Shown here: one piece after another, positions 9,605 through 18,026 of the stretch
Layout: the number at the start of each line of letters is the position of its first letter
Numbering within the stretch: position 1 is the first letter of the stretch
DNA from: an uncultured Gammaproteobacteria bacterium
Lineage (GTDB): Bacteria; Patescibacteriota; Patescibacteriia; UBA9934
Assembly (NCBI GenBank): GCA_964355955.1
Contig: CAYHFQ010000003.1
Span: forward strand, 31,777-95,776
Direction of reading: 5' to 3'
Length of the DNA stretch: 64,000 bases
The notes under the pieces: model-generated
What the model was told of the DNA's origin: nothing
The model's input: the letters and a program-made list of their open reading frames with translations, nothing else
Databases searched by the model: none
Made by a program: the position numbers and the translations under genes

Positions 9605-10264
9605 CTACGAGGGCTGAACTTCCTCTGCCGGGGTGTCGAAGAGCTTCTTGACGAGCAGCTCAGGCTCCTTGACCTTGGGCTGCTCCGACTGCCAGTGGTT
9701 CAGAGCCCGGAGGCGAAGCGCGGCGCCGTGGGCCTCGGCGTGGTTCGCGAAGTGGAAGTAGGCGAGCGACTCTGGCGGCGTGGTCACTCGTGCCAGATGG
9801 TCGAGGATGCCGAGCGACGAACGAGCGATCTCGAAGCGCAGCTGCCGCTGGAAGTCCACCCGCCACTCATACGCCGTGATATGTGGCATTTCGCCCAGGC
9901 CGTGGCGCTGACCGCAGAGGCGGCAGGGCTTGCCGTCGAGGCTGTCGGCGTGACACTCGAGGCTGTGCAGCAAGTCGAGAAAGGCGTAGGCACCGCCGGC
10001 CAACGGAGTGGTGTTGTCTGGCTCTGGCTCCGTGCGATGCGTGTTGGGAGTGGTTCCGATGACCAGGCCCGGCTTGTGTTCGACATTGACCGAGAAGCGA
10101 CCATGCTGGACCAACCGGCTGTCCAGTGCGTGCAGGTAGTAGGTGCCGGCCGGCAACTTGACGTCGCCGAGCACGATGACCGGCTGATCTTTCGTGATCA
10201 TGACCGTGAAGGTGCGGCCCGTAGCATCCGTGACGTGAAAAAACTGTGGCGCTAACGTTGACAT
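9605..10264 (-). CDS. Orphan array paralogue 2
   Basis: LPAGTYYL..GRFSV; LDGKPCRLCGQRH; LRLRALNHWQ; GGAG SD. Confidence 0.8.
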   Translation of the reverse strand: MSTLAPQFFHVTDATGRTFTVMITKDQPVIVLGDVKLPAGTYYLHALDSRLVQHGRFSVNVEHKPGLVIGTTPNTHRTEPEPDNTTPLAGGAYAFLDLLHSLECHADSLDGKPCRLCGQRHGLGEMPHITAYEWRVDFQRQLRFEIARSSLGILDHLARVTTPPESLAYFHFANHAEAHGAALRLRALNHWQSEQPKVKEPELLVKKLFDTPAEEVQPS

Positions 10265-10326
10265 GTTGTGCTCCGGCCCGGGTGGGCAGGTGGTGGGGAG
10301 AGCCAGCCGGAATGACTGGTGGCCGG

Positions 10327-10355
10327 ATAGTGCCTGAGATTGGCGGAAAAGGCAA
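10327..10355 (-). promoter_or_regulatory. Array promoter 2 (TTGCCT-17-CACTAT)
   Basis: Spacer TTTCCGCCAATCTCAGG is related to those of promoters 5-7. Confidence 0.6.
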
Positions 10356-10468
10356 GTTTTGAGGGAAAAGAAAAGACTGACGCCTCCGGAGTACGGAGCG
10401 CGCCAGTCAGATGCCGATGAGTGTCGCCACCGGCCGCGTGGTCAACCTATGACCATGGGGATGACCGA

Positions 10469-10741
10469 CTACTTGCCGGGAGGAGGGTTGGTGGACGGGA
10501 GGGGCGGGAGACCGCTGGGACGGCGGGCGGGGCCAGTGGCTTGTCCGCGCTCAACCTCGAACTCGCGTCCGAGAGCGTCATTCTCGAGGATGTAGACGCC
10601 AGATCTCGGCATATCCGAGAAATTGCTAACCTCGCCGTCGGGAGCCACGGTGCACTTCAACCTGAAGGAACCGTGAGCCGCCACCATCCGAACGCCAGCT
10701 TTTGCCTTGTCCTGTGCCATCTGCTTCTTACCTTTGCCCAT
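10469..10741 (-). CDS. Orphan array paralogue 3 (N-domain only)
   Basis: CTVAPDGEV...SGVYIL...FEVERG matches the shared N-domain; promoter TTGCCC-17-TATAAA at 10807-10835; terminator at about 10366-10409. Confidence 0.65.
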   Translation of the reverse strand: MGKGKKQMAQDKAKAGVRMVAAHGSFRLKCTVAPDGEVSNFSDMPRSGVYILENDALGREFEVERGQATGPARRPSGLPPLPSTNPPPGK

Positions 10742-10838
10742 TGAAGGGACTTTGGAGGGTTGCTAGGAACCTGCTGACCGCCAGAGCGACGGCCGAACAG
10801 AGCCTGTTTATACCAGATTGGCCGTAATTGGGCAAGTA

Positions 10839-11078
10839 TCAGCCGCCCCGCACCGCCACGCCGGCAGGGATCTGCAAGGCCGAATTGGCCAGGGCCTGCT
10901 GGAGTGGGGTAATAGCCTGCCCGATTTTGTCGCCGTCGACCATGAAGGTGCGGTGGTCGGCCAGCGTGTAGAGGCCGGACTTGAGCTTCACCCCGGGCCG
11001 AGGAGTGACGTTACCCTGAGGATCGAGGCTGACTTCGACGTGGTGGAGGCCGCTGTGCGCAAACATGGTGACGGTCAT
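10839..11078 (-). CDS. Orphan array paralogue 4 (N-domain only)
   Basis: VSLDPQGNVTP...LKSGLYTL...FMVDG; start set at ATG 11078 (AAGGA SD), downstream of promoter TTGCTT-17-GACTAT at 11144-11172. Confidence 0.65.
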   Translation of the reverse strand: MTVTMFAHSGLHHVEVSLDPQGNVTPRPGVKLKSGLYTLADHRTFMVDGDKIGQAITPLQQALANSALQIPAGVAVRGG

Positions 11079-11245
11079 GACGATGTCCTTTTTTTTGACG
11101 GTGCTGGGGATTTGAGACTGCCAGAGTAGCAGGCCCGAAAACGATAGTCTCATAGCTTAGCCAAAAAAGCAAGATTAGACTCTATCAAAAAGCAAAACTA
11201 GCACCCCCGGAGAGAGGATGTTAGTCGAGGCGGGCCGCAGTAGAG

Positions 11246-11866
11246 CTACGGCGCAGGAGAAGAGGTTGAGGATTCGGTTGGCTGCCAGGCCAAGAGGGCG
11301 CGGAGGCGGGCGAGTTGGATCTCGGCCTCGGCCTGGGTGGTCAGGCCGGCGCGAGCAAGGAGCTCAGGAGTACCGTTGACCAAATTCTGGACACGCAGCT
11401 CAACCCCACGCTGTACATACCCGGCGATGTAAGTCTGGAAATTGGCCAACAGCTTCTCTGCGGTAATAGCGACGTCCTCAGGAAAATGTTGTTTGTGACA
11501 ATTCCTGCAGGGCTTACCGTCGAGTGCGTCGACCATCTCTTCTAAAGTGGTCAAAGTCTGATTGAATAGTTCAGACGGCGTCAGGAACTCGTCGGGCGTG
11601 GCGCCGGTACTGGTCCCGATGTTGAGGGCGACGATGACAGTGGCCCGAAGTCGGCGCCACTCGGTCACAGTGTGGATTTGGCGGTCAATCTGACCCTCGG
11701 TAATGGTGATGGTGCCGAACGGCCTACCACCAGCAGTTGTGAGGTTGTAGACACCATCCGGAAGTGTGAGGTTGGCTGGGGGGAAGAACTCCACCAGTTC
11801 GTTGATCCTGACAATAGTGGAGAAGGGGCCGCAGGTGATGACGAAGGCCAAAGTTTTAGGCTGCAT
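11246..11866 (-). CDS. Orphan array paralogue 5
   Basis: LPDGVYNL..GTITI; LDGKPCRNCHKQH; RLRALLAWQP; promoter TTGACT-17-CACCAT at 11914-11942. Confidence 0.8.
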   Translation of the reverse strand: MQPKTLAFVITCGPFSTIVRINELVEFFPPANLTLPDGVYNLTTAGGRPFGTITITEGQIDRQIHTVTEWRRLRATVIVALNIGTSTGATPDEFLTPSELFNQTLTTLEEMVDALDGKPCRNCHKQHFPEDVAITAEKLLANFQTYIAGYVQRGVELRVQNLVNGTPELLARAGLTTQAEAEIQLARLRALLAWQPTESSTSSPAP

Positions 11867-12064
11867 GTTCTTCCTCTTGGTATGACGACGACCGGAATGG
11901 CCGACTCGGGAGAATGGTGCTTGAGATTAGCGAAAAAGTCAACCGAGCTCAGCTCGGCTGTTGGTTCGCGACCAAAGCTCAGCTTTGGAGAAAACCTAAT
12001 AAAAAGGAAAACTGGCACCCCCCCCGGGAATTCTATCGGGGAGCGCCAGTCGAGGCGAAGAAGG

Positions 12065-12685
12065 CTAGGTGGTGGCGGATTCGACGATGAGCTCGGCGGG
12101 CTGCCAGGCCAGGAGGGCGCGGAGGCGCAGAAGTTGAATGGCGAGCTTGGAAATGTTCGGCAGACCGAGAGCCTCGAGATCCGCTTGGGACATGTCGATC
12201 ATGGTCCTGAGCCGCAGTTCCCCGTCGAACTCGAGATCACGACCGAGCTCAGTGCGGAACTTGGCCAAGGCCCAGTCACGAGTCACCCCTCGCGAGACGA
12301 GACTAGAGTCGATGATGATCTTCCCATCGATGTAGTCGCGTAAGGCTTCCAGGGACATGAGGTGTTGGTCGTACTGATCTGACGAAGATTGAGCTGGTGC
12401 TGGACCGAAGATGTGATTCAACATGTCACTTAAGGTGTTGAAGTAGTCATCCAAGGCCGACGTGGGCTCGTCGTCAAAGAGCATAGCGTGGCTCGGGAGA
12501 CCGTTCAGGACCGTGAAGTGGCCGTGTTGGCCGTAGCCGCCTTCGGTCAGAGTGTAGAGACCGTCCTCAAGGACGATGTTCGAGGACACGGTGACTTCGC
12601 CTTCCTCGCTGACCATGACGACGCGTTTGTTGGCTGCTGGGCCGGTGGCGGTGTATTGGAAAGGGCCTGGGGGTTTGGTGAACAT
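12065..12685 (-). CDS. Orphan array paralogue 6 (Cys motif lost)
   Basis: LEDGLYTL..GHFTV; IDGK without the cysteines; RLRALLAWQP; promoter TTGACT-17-CACAAT at 12749-12777. Confidence 0.8.
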   Translation of the reverse strand: MFTKPPGPFQYTATGPAANKRVVMVSEEGEVTVSSNIVLEDGLYTLTEGGYGQHGHFTVLNGLPSHAMLFDDEPTSALDDYFNTLSDMLNHIFGPAPAQSSSDQYDQHLMSLEALRDYIDGKIIIDSSLVSRGVTRDWALAKFRTELGRDLEFDGELRLRTMIDMSQADLEALGLPNISKLAIQLLRLRALLAWQPAELIVESATT

Positions 12686-12867
12686 GAGGTGCCCGATGCT
12701 CTGTGGAGAGCTGTGGGAGGTGGCGCGGCGAGATGGCCGAACGCGACGATTGTGTTAGAGATTGGCCGAGAAGTCAACTTTCTGCCTGTAAAAAGCAAGA
12801 TCGACACCGCCCGTGAGGGTGAGGTGCCGATCGAGGTCACACGGGAGCGCCGTGTGAGAGTGGCCTG

Positions 12868-13557
12868 CTAGGCCTGGGGGTTGACGCCTTCCCCCGTGTT
12901 GGTGGAGGCCGGCGGGGGCTGGTTGGTGTCGGTGGAGTTGTCCGTGGGCTTGGCGGTCTGCGGCGTGTTGGCGCTGCTCCAGGTGAGGAGGGCGTTGAAG
13001 CGGTCCATGGTCCTCGCGATCGCATCCCGGTTCTTGAAGCCGACGCCCTGGATGACCTCGTCGGGCTCATCGAGGAGCTCGAGCAGCTTGTCGACCAAGC
13101 CGTTTGTACGGTGGTATTCGATGCCCTCCTGGACCCATGCGGTGAGCTCGGCAGGCGTGTGTCCCTGCTCGGCAGGGTCATGCACCTGGCCGCAACGAGG
13201 ACAGGCCTGACCGCTGAGGATCGACTCGATGACGAACTCGAACAAGAAGAAATCACTCACGATGGACGCGGCCGCAGTCATCGGCTCGAGGTTGATGCGC
13301 ACCTCGATGATGCTGTGCCGCGGCTCGGGCTTGGCAGCCATGGCCTTGGACCAGTCGACGTGCGCGAGGCCGATGTGGCCACCGCGGGTTTCGAAGGAGC
13401 CGAACACCTGGTTGTCGTCACCGACCAGGGTGAAGACGGCGTTCCTCGGGAGCGTGATGCCTTCGGACGGCGTCACAGTGCCATCGCTGGCGATGGTGAC
13501 CGTCACCTGGGTGTTATTGTCCTTGCCGTAGAAGGCGCGGAAGGTACGTTTTTCCAA
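12868..13557 (-). CDS. Orphan array paralogue 7
   Basis: VTIASDGTV...LP..VFTL..GSFET; LSGQACPRCGQVH; RFNALLTW; promoter TTGACT-17-CACAAT at 13627-13655. Confidence 0.8.
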   Translation of the reverse strand: MEKRTFRAFYGKDNNTQVTVTIASDGTVTPSEGITLPRNAVFTLVGDDNQVFGSFETRGGHIGLAHVDWSKAMAAKPEPRHSIIEVRINLEPMTAAASIVSDFFLFEFVIESILSGQACPRCGQVHDPAEQGHTPAELTAWVQEGIEYHRTNGLVDKLLELLDEPDEVIQGVGFKNRDAIARTMDRFNALLTWSSANTPQTAKPTDNSTDTNQPPPASTNTGEGVNPQA

Positions 13558-13658
13558 CTTGATCCTTGAATCCCCTAATGGGGCGTATTGAATTTGAGAC
13601 TACCGGAAATGGTCGACTCGGGGAGGATTGTGCCTGATGTTGGCGAAAAAGTCAAGCC

Positions 13659-14096
13659 TTAGAGACCAATGTTGGCTTTGGCGCCCAGATATTGGCCGCG
13701 GTTAGGAAAGTTGGTTTTAACAAGATTTATAAAGGTTTCCGAGAAGCCTTTGGTGGCTAGTTGGCTGATTGGTACAAATTCTACGGAATTAATTTTTTCC
13801 GTGTCTAGACCAGCAATAGCGCCCAATTCCCCACCGACTTGGCTACAGAGAAAGGTGATGTGGAGGAGATGCTTGTCAGGCAAAATGTTGTCGCAAAGGT
13901 AGAGAAGGCTACCAATCGTGACAGTTAAGCCAGTTTCCTCCTGCACTTCGCGAAGCAACGCAGCCTCGAGTGTCTCCCCTTCTTCCACTTTGCCACCGGG
14001 TAACGACCACTTGCGGCTGGATTCTGTGTTTTGTTGAAGAAGAAGCAATGAATCGTTCTCGATGATGAGGGCGGTGACACGAATGTTGATGGACAT
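13659..14096 (-). CDS. NUDIX hydrolase
   Basis: Nudix box GGKVEEGETLEAALLREVQEETG. Confidence 0.92.
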   Translation of the reverse strand: MSINIRVTALIIENDSLLLLQQNTESSRKWSLPGGKVEEGETLEAALLREVQEETGLTVTIGSLLYLCDNILPDKHLLHITFLCSQVGGELGAIAGLDTEKINSVEFVPISQLATKGFSETFINLVKTNFPNRGQYLGAKANIGL

Positions 14097-14143
14097 ACTT
14101 TTTACTTAAAAGCGGGACATGACTGCCCCGCCTGATGTTTAAG

Positions 14144-14177
14144 GCCCCCTCCTAACTCCCCCATAGCTGGGGGAGAG
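14144..14177. repeat. Repeat family C (gccccctcctaactcccccatagctgggggag), intergenic copy
   Basis: Related copies at 17095, 18850, 30287 and 60272. Confidence 0.9.
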
Positions 14178-14184
14178 TTTTCGT

Positions 14185-15441
14185 TTAAGGCACCATGGAT
14201 TTGAACCACTGGCCGATTTTGTTGGCCACTTGGTCCACGGATTTGAATTTGCTAAAGAATTTACCGAACTTGTTAGTGTGCATGCCTTTGATGGCATAAC
14301 CCCAAACGGCCAAGCCGATGGCCGTGGCAAAGGCCGGGTCGTGAACTTCGTCAATTACGCTGCTGATGGTGACGGGAATGCCCAAAGCACAAGGCAAACG
14401 GAGCACGCGGCGAGCGACGTCGACCATGCCGTCGAGCTTAGCTCCCCCACCGGTGAGGATAACGCCAACGGGCAACATGCCGGAACGGTCTACCTTGCGC
14501 AGTTCAGCGTCGACAGCTTCGAATAGTTCTTCGACGCGGCTCTCAATAATCTCCGCAATGAAACGACGCTTCACCACCTCGTCCACGTCGGCCCCCATGT
14601 CTTTGAGGCTGAAGGTGTGCTTGCGATCCACAGCGTCAGGAACTGCGTGACCAAACTCCATTTTTACTTTCTCCGCAATTTCTGGCGGAATGCGCAAAAT
14701 GGTACCGATGTCGGAAGTGATGCGGTCGCCACCAATTGGCAGGACGGCGGTGTGCATTAAGTCCCCTTCTTCGAAAATGGCGATGGAGGTGGAGCTGGCA
14801 CCGATGTTGACCACGCACACGCCGAGTTCTTTTTGACGTTGGGTGAGAACGGCTTCGGCGGTGGCGAGTGGCGCGTAAACCAAGTCGTCAATGTCGAGGC
14901 CGGTGCGATAAATGCTCTTGGTCAAGTTTTTAATATGTGAGGCGAGGGCCTGAATGATGACAGCGTCCACTTCTAAACGAATGCCGTTCATGCCGACGGG
15001 ATCCTTCACGCCGCGCTGACCGTCGACAGTAAAGCTCTTGGGGATAACGTGCAAAATTTCGTAGTTGGAAGGTGTGGTGACGCCTTTAGCTGCTTCCATG
15101 GCACGTTCGACGTCGTCGTCCTTAATTTCGCCGTCGGGACGAGTGACGCCAATGACGCCCCGAGTTTCTTGGACGAGAATATTTTGGCCAGCAATAGAAA
15201 CCCAAGCGGCGTTAAGGGGCAAACCGGTCATGCGTTCGGCGCGTTCCAGGGCTTTGCTGACGGCAGAAACGGCTTCTTCCATGCTGCTAACAGTGCCTTT
15301 ATGCACACCAGCCGACGGCAAAGCAACCGCACCAATAATGTGCAGGCGAGGCTTACCGTCTTCACCCGGGAGGGGCTGGGCGACAGCAATACGAATCATC
15401 GAAGAGCCGATGTCGAGACCAATGATACTTCCTTCAGCCAT
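14185..15441 (-). CDS. ftsA: Cell division protein FtsA
   Basis: GLDIGSS, DPVGMNGIRLE, ILTGGGAKL, FATAIGL. Confidence 0.97.
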   Translation of the reverse strand: MAEGSIIGLDIGSSMIRIAVAQPLPGEDGKPRLHIIGAVALPSAGVHKGTVSSMEEAVSAVSKALERAERMTGLPLNAAWVSIAGQNILVQETRGVIGVTRPDGEIKDDDVERAMEAAKGVTTPSNYEILHVIPKSFTVDGQRGVKDPVGMNGIRLEVDAVIIQALASHIKNLTKSIYRTGLDIDDLVYAPLATAEAVLTQRQKELGVCVVNIGASSTSIAIFEEGDLMHTAVLPIGGDRITSDIGTILRIPPEIAEKVKMEFGHAVPDAVDRKHTFSLKDMGADVDEVVKRRFIAEIIESRVEELFEAVDAELRKVDRSGMLPVGVILTGGGAKLDGMVDVARRVLRLPCALGIPVTISSVIDEVHDPAFATAIGLAVWGYAIKGMHTNKFGKFFSKFKSVDQVANKIGQWFKSMVP

Positions 15442-15462
15442 ATTAAGTGAGAGTTTTGAGTA

Positions 15463-15861
15463 TTATAACACGGATACCAGCCAGTCCTTCAATCTGGCTA
15501 AGACTGGCCAAATATATGGGACGAAGATGATCAGGCCGACGACGAGTGCGGAAACGGAGGTGAGTAAAACAGTGCCGGCCATCATATCTTTCACCTCACG
15601 AACCATGGGGTTGAGGCGTGGCTGGACGGCGTCGATGAGGCGCTCGACAATGCTGTTCATGACTTCAAGCACGAGGACAGCGGCGACGAGCAGGAGGATG
15701 AGGACGCGCTGAAGAGTAGAAAGTGGCAGGACGAGGCTCATGATAATAGCGAGGCCACCGAGGAGTAGCTGCACGCGGAAGCTGTGTTCGGCGTGGGCAA
15801 CTTCGCGGAGACCACGGAGGGCATGGCGCAGGCTACGAAAAAAGCGACGAGGAGAAAGCAT
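15463..15861 (-). CDS. dgkA: Diacylglycerol/undecaprenol kinase
   Basis: EVMNSIVERLID, KDMMAGTVL; three hydrophobic segments. Confidence 0.85.
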   Translation of the reverse strand: MLSPRRFFRSLRHALRGLREVAHAEHSFRVQLLLGGLAIIMSLVLPLSTLQRVLILLLVAAVLVLEVMNSIVERLIDAVQPRLNPMVREVKDMMAGTVLLTSVSALVVGLIIFVPYIWPVLARLKDWLVSVL

Positions 15862-15867
15862 AATTGA

Positions 15868-16299
15868 TTACAAAATTTTGGCGACAATGGCATCCTGCAG
15901 GGGGAACATCTCCTCAGCGTCGGCCGGTTCGATGTGGTCGTAACCCAAACAATGAAGAATGCCGTGGACCACAAGATCGGCACATTCGAGTTCGAGGTCG
16001 TTATCAGCGGCGTCGGCCTGACGAGTGGCTTGAGCGATGTCGATTAGGACGTCGCCGATTTCGCCAGATTGTTCCGGCATGCCAGAGGCGAAACTTAGGA
16101 CGTCGGTGATGGCGTCTTTGCTGCGATACATGCGGTTGAGGCGCTTGATTTCCTCGTCGGTGATGTAGTTGATGTTGACGACACCGTCCATCAGTCCGGG
16201 CAAGGCAGCGTTGACGGCGGCAGCAATAGCAAGGTAGCGCTCGGCACCAAGGCGAGCGTCCGCGGGGACCAGGTCGTCGTCGACTTCAAGAGTGATCAT
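15868..16299 (-). CDS. ybeY: rRNA maturation RNase YbeY
   Basis: TDVLSF and HGILHCLGYDH. Confidence 0.95.
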   Translation of the reverse strand: MITLEVDDDLVPADARLGAERYLAIAAAVNAALPGLMDGVVNINYITDEEIKRLNRMYRSKDAITDVLSFASGMPEQSGEIGDVLIDIAQATRQADAADNDLELECADLVVHGILHCLGYDHIEPADAEEMFPLQDAIVAKIL

Positions 16300-17357
16300 G
16301 GCTTAGCATTAAGGTGAAAACTGTTGACCATCATCTCAAAAGTCTGCAAATATTCGATTTGACTGCGAGTGCCAAGATCGTAGGTGAGGGTTATGACCGA
16401 CGTGGCGTTATCGAGGTAAGTAGTCCTGTCGTCCGCGGTAGTTAAACCGTAGAAGCCATCTTTGGTTAGGGATTCTTTAAGTTGCTTGGCATCGTTGCCA
16501 GGTTGTTGGGCGTTATACCAGTCGGCTAAAGATTGTGTGGCAACCTTGGCCGTAGTACCAACGCTGATACTAGCTTGACGGGAAGAACGGAAAGCAATGG
16601 AGGTGCTGTCGGCTGAAGGGACTGGCGTCCAAGTCGTCGGGTAAAAGATTGTGAAAGCGAAAGCGGCGTCCGAGAAGACCTTAACAGCGCCGGTGTCGAG
16701 CAAAGTTAAAGGAGCTAAGCCGAGAGGGTCATAGCCGTGGAAGACTTCGTTGCCATCTAAATAAGTGTCCTTGTCAGAATCTGGTTCGCGGAAGTTAGTG
16801 CCGTAAAGCAGTTCCTCGATGTCGGTGAGGCCATCACTGTCAGTATCTTTGGCAGGAACAGGAATAGCAGCTTGAGCAGCAGCGGCGGCGGCATCTTGAG
16901 CAGCCTTGGCGGCGGCTTCAGCGGCGCGCTGCACTTCCTGTTGTTTGAGTTGGTTGAGTTGAGACTCGGCTAACTGTTTTTGCTGTTTGGCGGAGTCGAT
17001 TAGGCGGTAAGCAGCGAAACCGCCAGCACCGAGCACGATGAGCATGACGAAGAAGGTGATGAGGGGGCCTTTCCAGCTGTGCTTACGCTTTCGAGCCTCC
17101 CCTAGCCCCTCCATAGCTGGAGAGGGACTTACGACAGTTGGTGGAGCGACCACGGGAGGAGGAGGAGGTGGTGGAATGGGTTCTGGGCGGGGGGCGGTGA
17201 CCCCGCCTATTACTTCGGGTGATAGGCTAGCTTCGACGCCGTAAAACTCCCGCGGCATGGTGTGAATCACCACGTCAGTTGGCCCAGTAGTAGCCTCGAC
17301 GGTAGACGGTGAGGCCGTCACTGTGGGGTTAGGAGTTTTAGGCTTGCTGCCGAACAT
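16296..17357 (-). CDS. Single-pass membrane protein with DxDxDG calcium-binding repeats and a PsbP-like C-terminal domain
   Basis: Pro-rich N-terminus, TM helix, DTDSDGLTDIEE..GT...DSDKDTYLDGNEV, then FTIFYPTTW...FEMMVNSF. Confidence 0.75.
   Translation of the reverse strand: MFGSKPKTPNPTVTASPSTVEATTGPTDVVIHTMPREFYGVEASLSPEVIGGVTAPRPEPIPPPPPPPVVAPPTVVSPSPAMEGLGEARKRKHSWKGPLITFFVMLIVLGAGGFAAYRLIDSAKQQKQLAESQLNQLKQQEVQRAAEAAAKAAQDAAAAAAQAAIPVPAKDTDSDGLTDIEELLYGTNFREPDSDKDTYLDGNEVFHGYDPLGLAPLTLLDTGAVKVFSDAAFAFTIFYPTTWTPVPSADSTSIAFRSSRQASISVGTTAKVATQSLADWYNAQQPGNDAKQLKESLTKDGFYGLTTADDRTTYLDNATSVITLTYDLGTRSQIEYLQTFEMMVNSFHLNAKP
17095..17128. repeat. Repeat family C, divergent copy inside a CDS
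   Basis: gcctcccctagcccctccatagctggagagggac, read as SPSPAMEGLGEA. Confidence 0.65.
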
Positions 17358-17372
17358 AGGCCTTAGTTAATC

Positions 17373-18017
17373 TTAGTTAGTGGGAATGGTGAAAAGTTTA
17401 CCTGGGCCGTTCGGGTTGTAACCACCGCTGACTTCCGCGCCGTCAGCATAGCCGTCGCCGTCGGTGTCTGCTTTGAGCGGGTCGGTGCCGTAAACTTTGA
17501 GTTCTTCCCTGTCGCCCAAACCGTCACCGTCAGTGTCTGGTTTGCTTGACGAGGTGCCGGCCGCGAGTTCTTCTGCGTTAGTGAGGCCGTCGCCGTCGCT
17601 GTCCAAGAAAGAGGCTTGGTTGGCTGGCGGGGTGGCAGGTTGGCTGGGTGGCGGGGTGGTAGCTGCTGGCTCGGTAACCGGTGGAGTGACAACAGAATCA
17701 CTTGGAACGCTCTGCACAACACCGCCAGTGTTGGCAGTTTGCGACATAATGCGCCAAGCAACGAAGGCGGCACCGCCGACTAAGACGATGACGACGACGA
17801 GGATGAGGACAGCTTTCAAGAGGTGACGGCTGCGTGGCGCAACGTAGGTTTCCATGACAGGCTCTGGCATCGGCCGGGCCGAAGGAGGTGACATGATCGG
17901 TGAGCCGTTACTAGGGCGAGATTGCGGAGTTGGCGAGGCGAGACCGTCAAACATATCCTCCACCGGCTTGGCAGGAGTTACTGGAGATTCAGGAGCTGCT
18001 GGCTGTTCGTCGAACAT
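17373..18017 (-). CDS. Single-pass membrane protein with tandem DxDGDG (thrombospondin-3-like) repeats
   Basis: DSDGDGLTNAEE, DTDGDGLGDREE, DTDGDGYADGAEV..GYNP. Confidence 0.8.
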   Translation of the reverse strand: MFDEQPAAPESPVTPAKPVEDMFDGLASPTPQSRPSNGSPIMSPPSARPMPEPVMETYVAPRSRHLLKAVLILVVVIVLVGGAAFVAWRIMSQTANTGGVVQSVPSDSVVTPPVTEPAATTPPPSQPATPPANQASFLDSDGDGLTNAEELAAGTSSSKPDTDGDGLGDREELKVYGTDPLKADTDGDGYADGAEVSGGYNPNGPGKLFTIPTN

Positions 18018-18026
18018 AGGAAATAT

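Noticed and set aside
8597-13655. Integron cassette array (hairpins as attC sites)
   Set aside because: No integrase in the window, no consistent RYYYAAC/GTTRRRY ends, and the hairpins have U-tracts and the genes their own promoters. Terminators explain them better.
8597-13655. CRISPR array or diversity-generating retroelement
   Set aside because: No regularly spaced identical repeats, no cas or reverse transcriptase gene, and no TR/VR pair differing only at adenines was seen.
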